Source of the DNA: an uncultured Solirubrobacteraceae bacterium
GTDB lineage: Bacteria > Actinomycetota > Thermoleophilia > Solirubrobacterales > Solirubrobacteraceae
DNA: 64,000 nt
Assembly: GCA_963745635.1 (NCBI GenBank)
Contig: CAVUYF010000013.1
Span: forward strand, 273,369 to 337,368
Direction of reading: 5' to 3'
In this document: one piece after another, positions 13,497 to 23,808 of the stretch
Numbering within the stretch: position 1 is the stretch's first letter
Layout: each line of letters starts with the position of its first letter
Notes under the pieces: model-generated
The model's input: only the letters and a program-made list of their open reading frames with translations
What the model was told of the DNA's origin: nothing
Database searches by the model: none
Program-made: the position numbers and the translations under genes

Positions 13497-14271
13497 ATGA
13501 GCGAGCCGGCGCCCGTCGGGTACGAGCGCATCGGCTCGGCGGCCGTGGTCACGATCGACCGCCAGCATCGGCGAAACGCCGTCGACGGTCCCACCGCAGC
13601 AGCTGCTGCACGAGGCCTACCTGCGCTTCGAGAGCGACGACGACGCGCGCGTGCTCGTCGTGACGGGCGCGGGCGGCGTCTCCTTCTGCGCGGGCGCCGA
13701 CCTCAAGGCAACCGACACGATGGCGCCGCGGCTGATGAGCGAGGAGGGGCCGATGGGCTTCACGCGCCTGACGCCCTCCAAGCCGACTATCGCCGCCATC
13801 TCCGGCTTCTGCCTGGCGGGCGGCCTGGAGATCGCGCTGTGGTGCGACCTGCGAATCGCCACCGAGGGCTCCACGCTCGGCTATCCCGAGCGCCGCTGGG
13901 GCGTGCCGTTGATCGACGGCGGCACGCAGCGCCTGCCGCGCATCGTCGGGCTCGGACGCGCCCTGGACCTGATCCTCACCGGGCGCATGATCGACGCGCA
14001 GGAGGCGCTGTCGATGGGCCTGCTGACGGAGGTCGTCGCCCCCGGCACGCACCTCGAGCGCGCGCTCGCGCTCGCCGATGGGCTCGCAGGCTTCCCCCAG
14101 CGCACGATGCTCGCCGACCGTCGCGCCGCGATCGAGGGCCTCGGCATGCCGCTCGCCGACGCGCTCGCGCTCGAGGCCAAGGCCGGGCCGGAGGTGTTCG
14201 AGGACGGTGCGCGCGGGGCCGCGCGCTTCGCCGCCGGTGAGGGACGCGGCGGGGCGGGCGCGGGGGCCTGA
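13497..14271 (+). CDS. Enoyl-CoA hydratase/crotonase family protein (frameshift near 13600)
   Basis: RRNAVDGPTA, FCAGADLK, AGGLEIALWCDLR, GVPLIDGGTQRLPR. Confidence 0.88.
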
Positions 14272-14320
14272 TCCGCCTGAGGCGCGAGGCTTGATCGCCC
14301 CGGTGGGCGAGCGCTGTGGC

Positions 14321-14572
14321 TCAGAGACTGCCGCGCGACTGGCCGTACAGACTTCCCCACGGCCTCGTTTCTACGCGCGAGCGCCGCAGCTCCTTCAGGT
14401 CCTCCAGCGTTTTGCCGCCGAGGTCCCATTCACAAAGCCGTTCCAAGCGCTCACGACGAACCACGTCGCGCAGCGCGTCGTGCACCGTATCGGTCGTGTT
14501 CTTGGACTTGAGCACCTCGCGCGCCTCCGCGACCAGCTCCGAGTCCAGGTTGATCGTCGTTCGTTTGATCAT
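14321..14572 (-). CDS. VapB-family (RHH) antitoxin-like protein, no adjacent toxin
   Basis: KRTTINLDSELVAEAREVL...TTDTVHDALRDVVRR resembles the actinobacterial VapB N-terminus. Confidence 0.7.
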   Translation of the reverse strand: MIKRTTINLDSELVAEAREVLKSKNTTDTVHDALRDVVRRERLERLCEWDLGGKTLEDLKELRRSRVETRPWGSLYGQSRGSL

Positions 14573-14597
14573 CGCTGCCGTTATGCTCGCATAGGCA

Positions 14598-16600
14598 ATG
14601 GCCTACTTCGTCACAGGAGCTACCGGCTTCATCGGCACGCGCCTGGTCGAACAGCTGCTCGAGAACCGCCAGGGCGATGTGTACGTGCTCGTCCGCCAGA
14701 ACTCCATGGGCAGGCTCGACGAGCTGATCGAGCGCTGGAGCATGGTCGTCGGCGCCTCCGCCACCGATCGCGTGCACCCCGTGATCGGGGACCTGCGCCG
14801 CCCGCTGCTGGGCGTCGAGAAGGAGCAGGTGGCCGAGCTGCGCGGCAAGATCGATCACTTCTTCCACCTCGCCGCCGTCTACGACATGACAGCGCCCGCC
14901 GAGCGCAACACCGCTGTGAACGTCGGCGGCACCACCCACGCCGTCGAACTGGCGCGCGCGGTGGACGCCAAGCTCCTGCACCACGTCTCCTCGATCGCTG
15001 TCGCCGGCATGTACAAGGGCGTGTTCGCCGAGGACATGTTCGAAGAGGGGCAGCGGCTGCCCTCGCCCTATCACCGCACGAAGTTCGAGTCCGAGCGGAT
15101 CGTGCGCGAGCAGCCGTACATACCCTGGCGTGTGTACCGCCCAGGGATCGTCGTCGGTGACTCCGTCACGGGCGAGATGGACAAGATCGACGGCCCGTAC
15201 TACTTCTTCAGGGCGATCCAGCGGCTGCGCCAGCTGCTCCCCGAGTGGATGCCGCTCGTGGGCCTCGACCTCGGCTACACCAACATCGTGCCCGTCGACT
15301 GGGTCTCGAGCGCGCTGGAGCACATCGCGCACGAGCCCAACCTCGACGGCCGCGCGTTCCACCTCACCGACCCGCGCCCCCAGCGCGTCGAGGAGCTGAT
15401 CAACGAGCTGGCCGCGGTCGCGCACGCGCCCCGCTTCGCCGTGAGCATCGACAAACGGCTCACCGACCCGCTGCCCAAGTGGCCGCTGAAGCTCGCGTTC
15501 GCGCTGCCGCCACTGCGCCAGGCCCGCGGTCTCGCGCTGCGCGAGCTCGGCATCCCCGCGGAGGTGCTCGCACACATGGAGCTCGTGCCGCGCTTCGACA
15601 CGCACGAGGCCGCGCGCGCGCTTGCCGGCACGACGCTCGAGCAGCCACCGGCGATGCAGTCGTACATCCCGCGGCTGTGGGACTACTGGGACCGCGAGAT
15701 GGACCCCGGCCTGCGTCAGCGGCGCACGCTCAAGGAGGCCCTCGACGGCAAGCACGTGCTGATCACCGGCGCCTCCTCCGGGATCGGGCGCTCGACCGCC
15801 GTGAAGATCGCCGCCGCCGGGGGCGTGCCGCTGCTGGTGGCGCGCAACGTCGACAAGCTCGAGGAGGTGCGCGCGGAGATCGTCGCCGCGGGCGGCACCG
15901 CGTACGTCTACGCGGCGGACATCGCCGACATGGAGTCGATCGAACGGCTGTTCGAGCGCGTGCTCGCCGACCACCGCAACGTCGACATGCTCGTCAACAA
16001 CGCCGGACGCTCGATCCGCCGATCGATCGCGCTCAGCTACGACCGCTTCCACGACTTCGAACGCACGATGCAGCTCAACTACTTCGGCGCCGTCAAGCTG
16101 ATCATCGGCCTGCTGCCGCACATGCGCGAGCGCGGGTCCGGGCACATCGTCAACGTGTCCTCGATCGGCGTGCAGACCAACCCGCCGCGCTTCTCCGCCT
16201 ACGTCGCTTCAAAGGCCGCGCTCGACGCGTTCTCGCGCGTGGTCGCCTCGGAGGTCATCGGCGACGGCGTCACCTTCACCACGATCCACATGCCGCTCGT
16301 GCGCACGCCGATGATCGCGCCGACGAAAATGTACGACGCCTTCCCCACGCTCCGCCGGAAGAGGCCGCCGACATGATCTGCGAGGCGCTGCGCGACCGGC
16401 CCAAGGAGATGGGGACCTGGATGGGCAAGTTCGGCGAGGTCGCCTACACGCTCTCGCCCAGCGCCGTGGACAGGCTCCTGCACCTCGCCTACCGCGTGTT
16501 CCCCGACTCGGCCGCGTCCAAGGGCCACGCCGAGGTCGAGGAGCACGTCTCCTTCGAGCAGATCGCCATGGCGACGCTCACGCGGGGCGTGCACTGGTAA
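14598..16600 (+). CDS. Two-domain SDR, fatty acyl-CoA reductase-like (frameshift near 16352)
   Basis: N-domain TGATGFIG...YHRTK; C-domain TGASSGIG, NNAGRSIRRS, YVASK, IHMPLVRTPMIAPT; ends RGVHW. Confidence 0.85.
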
Positions 16601-16666
16601 GCGGCCCGATCTGCCGCCGGGCTGGGACCGAGCTCCCGCCGGTCGCCGTCTTGACATGATCAGGGC

Positions 16667-17570
16667 GTGAGCTCAGCGACAGCAGCGATCGAGGTCAGCG
16701 CCCTGCGCAAGCGCTACGGCGACTACGAGGCGGTGCGCGGCCTCGACATCACCGTGCAGCCGCGGCGAGGTGTTCGGGCTGCTCGGGCCCAACGGCGCCG
16801 GCAAGACCACCACCGTGGAGATCCTCGAGGGCTACCGCACCCGCACCAGCGGCGAGGTCTCCGTGCTCGGATACGACCCCGCCGAGCGCTCGATCGAGCT
16901 GCGCCGGCGGATCGGGATCGTGCTGCAGTCCGGCGGCATCTACAGCCACATCACCCCGCGCGAGGCGCTCACGCACTGGGCGAGCTTCTACCCGCATCCG
17001 CGCGACGTCGAGGAGGTGATCGCGCTCGCCGGGCTGCAGGAGAAGGCCGACGAGCGCAGCCGCAAGCTCTCCGGCGGGCAGCTGCGGCGCCTGGACTTCG
17101 CGCTGGCGCTCGTCGGCGATCCGGAGCTGATCTTCCTCGACGAGCCCACCACCGGCTTCGACCCAGAGGCGCGCCGAGCCGCCTGGGAGACCGTCCGCTC
17201 GCTGCGCGATCTCGGCAAGACGATCCTGCTGACCACGCACTACCTCGAGGAGGCGCAGGCGCTCGCCGATCGCGTGGCGATCGTCAAGGACGGGCGCGTG
17301 CTCGCGATCGGGCCGCCGCGGGAATTGATCTCCCACCCACCGGGCGTGGGCGGGGAGACAGCTGGACCGCACTATCGCGTCGCCTATCGCAACGCGGACG
17401 GCGAGCTCGTGGAGCGCGAGACCGACGATCCGACCGCGCTGCTGCACGAGCTCACCGGCGAGGCGCTCGCCGACGGACGGCGCCTCGAGGAGCTGTCCGT
17501 GGGGCGCCCCACGCTCGAGGACGTCTACCTGGAGCTGACAGCCGCATCGTCCGGGGACCAGGATGCCTGA
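16667..17570 (+). CDS. ABC-2/DrrA-type exporter ATP-binding protein (frameshift near 16760)
   Basis: GPNGAGKTT, LSGGQ, FLDEPTTG, TTHYLEEA. Confidence 0.9.
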
Positions 17571-18374
17571 GGCGCTCGTCCAGGACCTCGAGCAGGCAGC
17601 GCCGGCCGCCCACGCGCCGGGCACGGTCAATCCCGTCGCCCTCGCCTGGCGCCAGTACCGACTGGAGCGCAGGATGTTCTGGCGCAACCCCAGCGCCGCG
17701 TTCTTCAACTTCGTGCTGCCGCTGCTGTTCCTCGCCGCCGGTGGCGCGATCCTCGCCGGCAACCAGCAGGACCTCAACAAGCTCGTGCCGTCGATCGCCG
17801 GCATGAGCGTGATGTCCACCACCTTCACCGCGCTCGCCTACAACATCGTGTTCCTGCGCGAGCGCGGGGTGCTCAAGCGCATCCGCGGCACGCCGCTGCC
17901 CACGATCTCCTACTTCGGCGGCGTCGCCGCCAACGCCGTCACCAACACAGCGCTGCAGATCGCGATCATCGTGCTCGCCGGGCGTGTGTTCTTCGACATC
18001 GGCTGGCCCGTGCACTGGGACGAGCTGATCGTGTTCGTGGTCGTCGGCGTCGTCAGCCTGGCCGCGCTGGGCGTCGCCTTCGCGCACGTCATCCCCAACT
18101 TCGAGTCCACCGCCGCGTACGTCAACGCGGTGTTCCTGCCGGTCGTGTTCGTGTCCTTCTACGTGTTCGACTCGAGCAGCGCGCCGCAGTTCCTGCGCAC
18201 GATCGCCGAAGCGCTGCCGCTCGAAGCCGCTGATCCGCGGCCTGTCCGGAGCGATGGTCACCGGCTCGGGGCTCTCGAGCCACCTCGACTCCCTGGCCGT
18301 GATCGCCATCTGGGGGCGTGTTCGGGCTGTATCTCGCCGTGCGCGGCTTCTCGTGGGAGGGCTCGCGCGCATGA
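17563..18374 (+). CDS. ABC-2 exporter permease (frameshifts in the last ~50 codons)
   Basis: FWRNP..FF...LP, RERGVLKRIRGTP, about six TM segments; C-terminus RGFSWE in a shifted frame. Confidence 0.85.
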
Positions 18375-18399
18375 GCGCCGCCGGGAGCAGCGCCACCGC

Positions 18400-19069
18400 A
18401 TGAAGCAGCTCGCCGCGGGCGTGCACCTGCTGCGCGGCTGGCCCCCCAACGCGATCAACGTGTACCTGATCGGCGATGTGCTGCTCGACGCAGCCACCCG
18501 CCAGGGCGAGCAGCGCATCCTCAGGCAGATCGCCGGACGCAAGCTGAGCGCGCACGCGCTCACGCACGCCCACCCCGATCACCAGGGCTCGAGCCACGCG
18601 ATCTGCGAACGGCTGCAGATCCCGCTGTGGTGCGGGCAGGGCGACGTGCCCGCGATGGAGACCGCCGGCGGGATCTCCAACTCGCAGGCGCCAGGCTGGC
18701 TGAACCTACTCCAGCAACGGCTCTGGACAGGACCGCCGCACCCCGTCGCCAGGGTGCTGATCGAGGGTGACGAGGTCGCCGGGCTTCACCGTGCTCGAGA
18801 CCCCCGGGCACTCGCGCGGACACCTCGCCTACTGGCGCGAGGCCGACGGCGTGCTGATCCTCGGCGACGTGCTCAACAACGTCAACGTGATGACCGGCAT
18901 CCCCGGCCTGCACGAGCCGCTCGAGATCTCCACCCCCGATCCCGCCCGCAACCGCGCCTCCGCGCGCAGGCTGGCGAAGCTACGGCCGCGGGTGACGTGC
19001 TTCGGCCACGGCGCGCCGCTGCGCGACCCCGGCAGGCTGGCCGACTTCGTGGCGCGGTTGCCCAACTGA
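18400..19069 (+). CDS. Metallo-beta-lactamase fold hydrolase (frameshift near 18781)
   Basis: THAHPDHQG, TPGHSRGH, LGD and FGHG motifs. Confidence 0.85.
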
Positions 19070-19080
19070 GCGGAGTGACG

Positions 19081-19908
19081 ATGAGCGAGAGCATCTTCCT
19101 CGCCCAAGGCGAGCGCTTCATGCCGACCGAGCAGGCGCGGGGGCCGTGGGACCCCGGCGCGCTGCACGGCGGCGCGCCCGCAGCGCTGACTCGACGGCCG
19201 CCTTCGAGCGCCTGCCTCGCCGGGGGCGAGCTGCGGGTCGCACGCCTTGGCTTCGAGCTCCTGCGCCCGATTCCGCGCGCGCCGTTGACGCTCTCCACGC
19301 GCGTCGTGCGCCCCGGGCGCCGCGTGCAGGAGCTCGCCGGAGAGCTGAGCGCGGGTGCCGACGAGGATGGCCTCGGCGGCGAGGTGGTCTGCCGCGCGAG
19401 CGCGCTGTGCGTACGCGCGATCCCAGCCGAGGTACCCGAGTCGCCGTCCGCCGAGCGCTCCGAGGAGGTTTCCACGAGGGCGCTTGCGCCGCCGCAGACG
19501 GGCAGGCCGGTGCGCTTCGCGCTGGACGACGCCGGCGAGCCGAGCTTCGCCTCCACCGCGATGGAGATGCGCTGGCTCGACGACCCCCGTGCGCTGGGGC
19601 CCGCGCGGGTGTGGATGCGCCTGCGACACCCGCTGCTCCCCGGCGAGCCGCTCACGCCGCTGGCGCGGCTGGCCGCCACCGCGGACTTCGGCAACGGGGT
19701 CAGCGCCGCGCTCCCGTTCGAGCGCTTCCTGTTCATCAACGCCGACCTCACAATCCACCTGCAGCGCCCTCCGCTCGGCGAGTGGATCGGGCTCGACGCC
19801 CGCACGCTGCTGCACGCCGGCGGCACCGGCCTCGCAGAGAGCGTGCTTCACGACGAGCACGGACCCGTCGGCCGCGCGTTCCAGACGCTCGTCGTCCAGC
19901 CGCGCTGA
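19081..19908 (+). CDS. Acyl-CoA thioesterase family (double hot-dog fold) protein
   Basis: GPWD..ALHGG, RPGRR, ADFGNG, FINADLT. The 781-aa fusion in the ORF track is a frameshift artefact. Confidence 0.85.
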   Translation: MSESIFLAQGERFMPTEQARGPWDPGALHGGAPAALTRRPPSSACLAGGELRVARLGFELLRPIPRAPLTLSTRVVRPGRRVQELAGELSAGADEDGLGGEVVCRASALCVRAIPAEVPESPSAERSEEVSTRALAPPQTGRPVRFALDDAGEPSFASTAMEMRWLDDPRALGPARVWMRLRHPLLPGEPLTPLARLAATADFGNGVSAALPFERFLFINADLTIHLQRPPLGEWIGLDARTLLHAGGTGLAESVLHDEHGPVGRAFQTLVVQPR

Positions 19909-19927
19909 GGCGTATCGCATCACAACT

Positions 19928-19955
19928 GTTGCACGTGCAACTAATTTGCTACTGT
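19928..19955 (+). promoter_or_regulatory. Perfect 14-bp palindromic operator GTTGCACGTGCAAC plus an extended -10 (TGcTACTGT) upstream of the YceI gene
   Basis: Palindrome at 19928-19941 and -10 hexamer at 19950-19955 read directly. Confidence 0.65.
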
Positions 19956-20010
19956 CGAGGGGAACTCGTCGCAGTCAGAAGAGCAGCTACCTTCGAGAAA
20001 AGGAGATCCA

Positions 20011-20571
20011 ATGGCATCACCTGAGAGCACGGCAACGCAGACCCCGCTCCCCGCAGGAACGTGGAAGCTCGACCCGGTCCATTCGAGCGTCGAATTCCAG
20101 GTCAAACACCTCGGCATCGCGAACGTCAAGGGCCAGTTCAAGGAGTTCGAGGGCACACTCGAGGTGACGCCCGAGGGCATCAACGCCTATGGCACCGTCG
20201 ACACGGCCAGCGTCGACACACGCGAGCCCCAGCGCGACGGCCACCTGCGCTCGGCCGACTTCTTCGACGCCGAGAACCACCCCAAGATCACCTTCCAGTC
20301 GACCTCCGTGAAAGCAATCGACGACGAGGACTTCGAGATCGAGGGCGACTTCACGCTCCACGGCATCACGCGCCCGCTGAAACTGATCGCCACGCTCGAG
20401 GGCACCGAGACCGACCACGAAGGCCACGAGCGCGTCGGCCTCTCCGCGACCGCGCAGATCAGCCGTGGCGATCACGACATGAAGTTCAACATGGCGCTCG
20501 GCTCCGGCAACGTCGTCGTCGGCGACAAGGTCAAGATCCTGCTCGACATCTCCGCCGTCAAGGCCGAGTAA
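20011..20571 (+). CDS. YceI family lipid/polyisoprenoid-binding protein
   Basis: W.LDPVHSSVEF, RDGHLRSADFF, TLHGIT. Strong AAGGAG RBS. Confidence 0.92.
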   Translation: MASPESTATQTPLPAGTWKLDPVHSSVEFQVKHLGIANVKGQFKEFEGTLEVTPEGINAYGTVDTASVDTREPQRDGHLRSADFFDAENHPKITFQSTSVKAIDDEDFEIEGDFTLHGITRPLKLIATLEGTETDHEGHERVGLSATAQISRGDHDMKFNMALGSGNVVVGDKVKILLDISAVKAE

Positions 20572-20587
20572 AGCGCTCGGGTGGCGC

Positions 20588-21535
20588 TCAGCGCACGATC
20601 ACGTCGCTGAGCGCCTCGTCGATCGCCTCGAGCGTGTCGGCGCTGAGCGTCACGCCCGACGCGGAGGCGTTGGCGTGTACCTGCTCGGGGCGGCTCGCGC
20701 CCACGATCGCCGAGGCCACGTTCGGCTCGCGCAGCACCCACGCGAGCGCCAGCTGGACCATCGTCAGGCCGGCCTGCTCGGCGATCGGGCGCAGCCGGTG
20801 CACCGCCTCGAGCACCGGCGGCTCGACCAGCCTGTCGATGAAGCCGCCCATGCTCTCGCTCGCCGCCCTCGAGTCCGTCGGCGGCGGCTCGCCCGGAAGG
20901 TACTTGCCCGTCAGCACCCCCTGCGCCAGCGGCGACCACACGATCTGAGAGATCGCCTCGCGCTCGCACAGCGGGATCACGTCCTTCTCGGGAGCGCGCC
21001 AAAGCATCGAGTACTGCGGCTGGCTGGAGACCCAGCGCTCCACGCCCGCCAGCGCCAGCGACTCCTCGATCCTCTCCGCCGGCCACTCGCTGAAGCCGAT
21101 GTGACGAGCCTTGCCCGCACGCACCACCTCCGTGAGTGCCTCCATCGTCTCCTGCAGCGGCGTGTGGCTGTCGAAGCGGTGGCACTGGTAGAGGTCCACG
21201 TAGTCCGTCCGCAGGCGCTCCAGCGAGGCGTCCATCTGCTTGTGGATCTGCGCCGCCGACAGCCCGCGATCGGTGTCCGACATCGGGAAGTACACCTTCG
21301 TGGCGAGCACGTAGGAGGAGCGCTCGTAACCCGAGAGCACCTCGCCCAGCAGCGTCTCCGCCGCTCCCCGCCCGTACACGTTGGCCGTGTCGATGAAGTT
21401 GATGCCCGCGTCGAACGCCGCCTCCACGCAATCCCGCGCGCGCTCGCGCTCCACCCCTCCCGAGTACGTCAGCCACGAGCCGAGGCTGATCTCGGAGACC
21501 TCGATGTCGCTGCTGCCGAGCTTGCGGAGGTTCAT
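20588..21535 (-). CDS. Aldo/keto reductase
   Basis: DTANVY, LATK, DLYQCH, QPQYSML, WSPLAQG. Confidence 0.92.
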   Translation of the reverse strand: MNLRKLGSSDIEVSEISLGSWLTYSGGVERERARDCVEAAFDAGINFIDTANVYGRGAAETLLGEVLSGYERSSYVLATKVYFPMSDTDRGLSAAQIHKQMDASLERLRTDYVDLYQCHRFDSHTPLQETMEALTEVVRAGKARHIGFSEWPAERIEESLALAGVERWVSSQPQYSMLWRAPEKDVIPLCEREAISQIVWSPLAQGVLTGKYLPGEPPPTDSRAASESMGGFIDRLVEPPVLEAVHRLRPIAEQAGLTMVQLALAWVLREPNVASAIVGASRPEQVHANASASGVTLSADTLEAIDEALSDVIVR

Positions 21536-21563
21536 ACTCACAAGCACCCTAGCGTCTCGTCAA

Positions 21564-22436
21564 ATGGCAGCGATCGACCCCACCCTGCGTATCGGATCCG
21601 TGCAGCTCGACGTGAGCGACCTGCCGCGCAGCGTCGACTTCTACGAGCGTGCACTCGGGCTGCCCGTCATCTCCCGCGGCGAGCACCAGGCCAGCCTGGG
21701 CCCCGATCCCGAGCGCCCCGCGCTGCTGCTCGGCGACATCGCCGCGCCCACGCCGCTTCCCCCAGGCGCGACCGGGCTCTACCACGTGGCCTGGCTGCAC
21801 CCTTCGCGCTCCGCGCTCGCCGAGACCGTGCGACGCGTGGCCGGCGAGCGCTGGCCGTTCGAGGGCGCCTCCGACCACGGCGTCTCCGAGGCGCTGTACC
21901 TGAGCGACCCCGACGGCCTCGGCATCGAGATCTACGCCGACCGACCGCGCGAGCTCTGGGAGCGCCCCGAGGACGGCCACGGCGTGAGGATGTTCACGCT
22001 GCCGCTCGACCTCGACGACCTGCTCGCCCAGTTCTCCGACGCTCCCGCGCCCACCATCACTTCGGGCACCGGGATCGGCCACGTGCACATGAAGGTCTCA
22101 GACGTGCCGCGCTCCGCCGCCTTCTACCGCGACGCGCTCGGCCTGGAGGAGCAGGCACAGCTCCCGTCCGCCGCCTTCCTCGCCGCCGGCGGCTACCACC
22201 ACCACGTGGGCGTCAACTCGTGGCAGAGCCGCGGCGCGGCCGCCGCCCCCGACAGCGCGCCCGGGCTGCGACTCGTCGAGTTCGAGCTCAGCGACTCGGA
22301 CGCGCTCGACGCGCTCGAGCGGGGAATCGCCGATGCTGCGTCCGGCGGCTCTCAGGCGGAGCCGGCGCGGGATGAGGACGGGCGCCTGTCGCTGCGCGAT
22401 CCCGATGGGCAGCTGCTGAGTTTCGTTCAGCGCTGA
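21564..22436 (+). CDS. VOC family protein, CatE-like ring-cleaving dioxygenase
   Basis: GLYHVA, DHGVSEALY..DPDG.GIEIY.D, IGHVH, GGYHHH.G.NSW. Confidence 0.88.
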   Translation: MAAIDPTLRIGSVQLDVSDLPRSVDFYERALGLPVISRGEHQASLGPDPERPALLLGDIAAPTPLPPGATGLYHVAWLHPSRSALAETVRRVAGERWPFEGASDHGVSEALYLSDPDGLGIEIYADRPRELWERPEDGHGVRMFTLPLDLDDLLAQFSDAPAPTITSGTGIGHVHMKVSDVPRSAAFYRDALGLEEQAQLPSAAFLAAGGYHHHVGVNSWQSRGAAAAPDSAPGLRLVEFELSDSDALDALERGIADAASGGSQAEPARDEDGRLSLRDPDGQLLSFVQR

Positions 22437-22468
22437 GGCGGCTTTGATCGTCCGGTCGGGCGGCGATC

Positions 22469-23419
22469 ATGCCGGACGTGGCTGGCCCCGCGTTCACCGA
22501 TGGAGGCTTCGGCGACCCGAGCATCTGGGCGCTTCTGCCGGGCGAGGCAATCGAGCGCCAGACCCTTCACGACCGTTACGGCGGGCGCCCGCAGGGACGG
22601 ATCGGGCCGTCGCGCAGATCGCCCAACGTCATGGTGTTCTCAGACACGGCCGCCGGCGCGCCGGGCGGCTACCTGGACGGTTGGCACGCCGACGGGTGCT
22701 TTCACTACACCGGCGAAGGCCAGCGCGGCGATCAGCAGATGAAGTCCGGCAACGCTGCCATCCTCGGACACGCCGCCGGCGGCTGCGCTCTCAGGCTGTT
22801 CACCGGAACGAGAGGCCGGGTCCTCTACGAGGGCGCGTTCGAGCTCGCGCCCGACGGGCCCTTCTACACCGCCGACGCCCCCGAGGCGGGCAATGGGCCC
22901 GTCCGCAACGTGATCGTGTTCCGGATGCGGCCGCTGGAGGTTCGGCCCAAGCCCAGCTCTGCCGAGCTCGATCGCGCCGGTGAGGTCGGGGTCCACGACG
23001 TGCCCGTGGACGAGCAGTGGACCGAGAAGGCGTTCGTCGCGCCCGGCCACAAGGCCGGCGAGACCGAGCGCAGAGAGCAGGAGCTCCTGCTGGCGTTTCG
23101 CGAGCACCTGCTGAGCCAGGGCCACGAGATCGGACGCGTGAAGATCCTGCCGCCGGGCGAGGCCAAGCCCCTGATCCCCGACCTGCTCGATCGCACCACC
23201 AACACATTGTTCGAGGCCAAGGGCACCGTCGAGCGCGGAGCCATCCGGATGGCCGTCGGCCAGCTCCTCGACTACAGGCGCTTCCTGACGCCGGCCCCGC
23301 GGCTCGCGGTGCTCCTCCCCAGCAGGCCCCGCCACGATCTGCAGGAGCTGTTGAAGAGCGCCGGCGTCGACTTCGTGTGGCGCGAGCGCAAGAAGTTCGT
23401 GGACTCAGCCGCCGCTTGA
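22469..23419 (+). CDS. Putative modification-dependent (type IV) restriction endonuclease: ScoMcrA-like SRA domain + PD-(D/E)XK nuclease
   Basis: N-terminal YGG..QG.I...PNV..F...GY.DGW..DG.FHYTGEGQ.GDQ.M..GN pattern; C-terminal PD(x10)EAK(x11)GQLLDY. Confidence 0.75.
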   Translation: MPDVAGPAFTDGGFGDPSIWALLPGEAIERQTLHDRYGGRPQGRIGPSRRSPNVMVFSDTAAGAPGGYLDGWHADGCFHYTGEGQRGDQQMKSGNAAILGHAAGGCALRLFTGTRGRVLYEGAFELAPDGPFYTADAPEAGNGPVRNVIVFRMRPLEVRPKPSSAELDRAGEVGVHDVPVDEQWTEKAFVAPGHKAGETERREQELLLAFREHLLSQGHEIGRVKILPPGEAKPLIPDLLDRTTNTLFEAKGTVERGAIRMAVGQLLDYRRFLTPAPRLAVLLPSRPRHDLQELLKSAGVDFVWRERKKFVDSAAA

Positions 23420-23754
23420 CGCCGCGCCCAGGCGCCCGAGCTCCGCATCGGAGAGCTCCAGCTCCGTGCAACCCAGCAGCTCGCTCAGCTGCTCGGTCGA
23501 GGTGGCGCTCGCGATCGGGGCGAGTACGGTCGGCTGGGCGAGCAGCCACGCCAGCAACACCGCCGCCGGCGAGCTCCCATGCGCCGCCGCGATCTCATCC
23601 AGCGCGTCCAGCACCGCGAAGCCGCGTTGCCGCCCGCTTCGAAGTACGCGTCCAGCACCTCGAACGAGCGCTCCTCGTCGATCGTCCAGCCGAACACGTT
23701 CCCGCCCAGGCACAGCGGGAATACGTCCAGATCGGTGTCTGCGAGGCGGGTTAT
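23405..23754 (-). pseudogene. Aldo/keto reductase remnant with ATA in place of the start codon and a large internal deletion
   Basis: N-terminal TRLADTDLDVFPLCLGGNVFGWT...AGGN is joined out of frame to C-terminal RGFAVLDALDEIA...LAWLL..P...PIASATS. The catalytic core is absent. Confidence 0.8.
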
Positions 23755-23772
23755 GCGCTCAGGTTAGCCGGC

Positions 23773-23801
23773 AAAGGGAGGCGGGCTCGCGCCCGCCTCC
23801 C
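23773..23801 (-). terminator. Intrinsic terminator-like hairpin
   Basis: 11-bp perfect stem GGGAGGCGGGC/GCCCGCCTCCC, 4-nt loop, followed by TTT on the minus strand, just after the stop at 23809. Confidence 0.7.
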
Positions 23802-23808
23802 TCGGGAG

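Noticed and set aside
17563-19908. 781-aa permease-MBL-thioesterase fusion protein in the ORF track
   Set aside because: Frameshifts bypass the real stops at 18374 and 19069. Each domain has its own start and its C-terminus in another frame.
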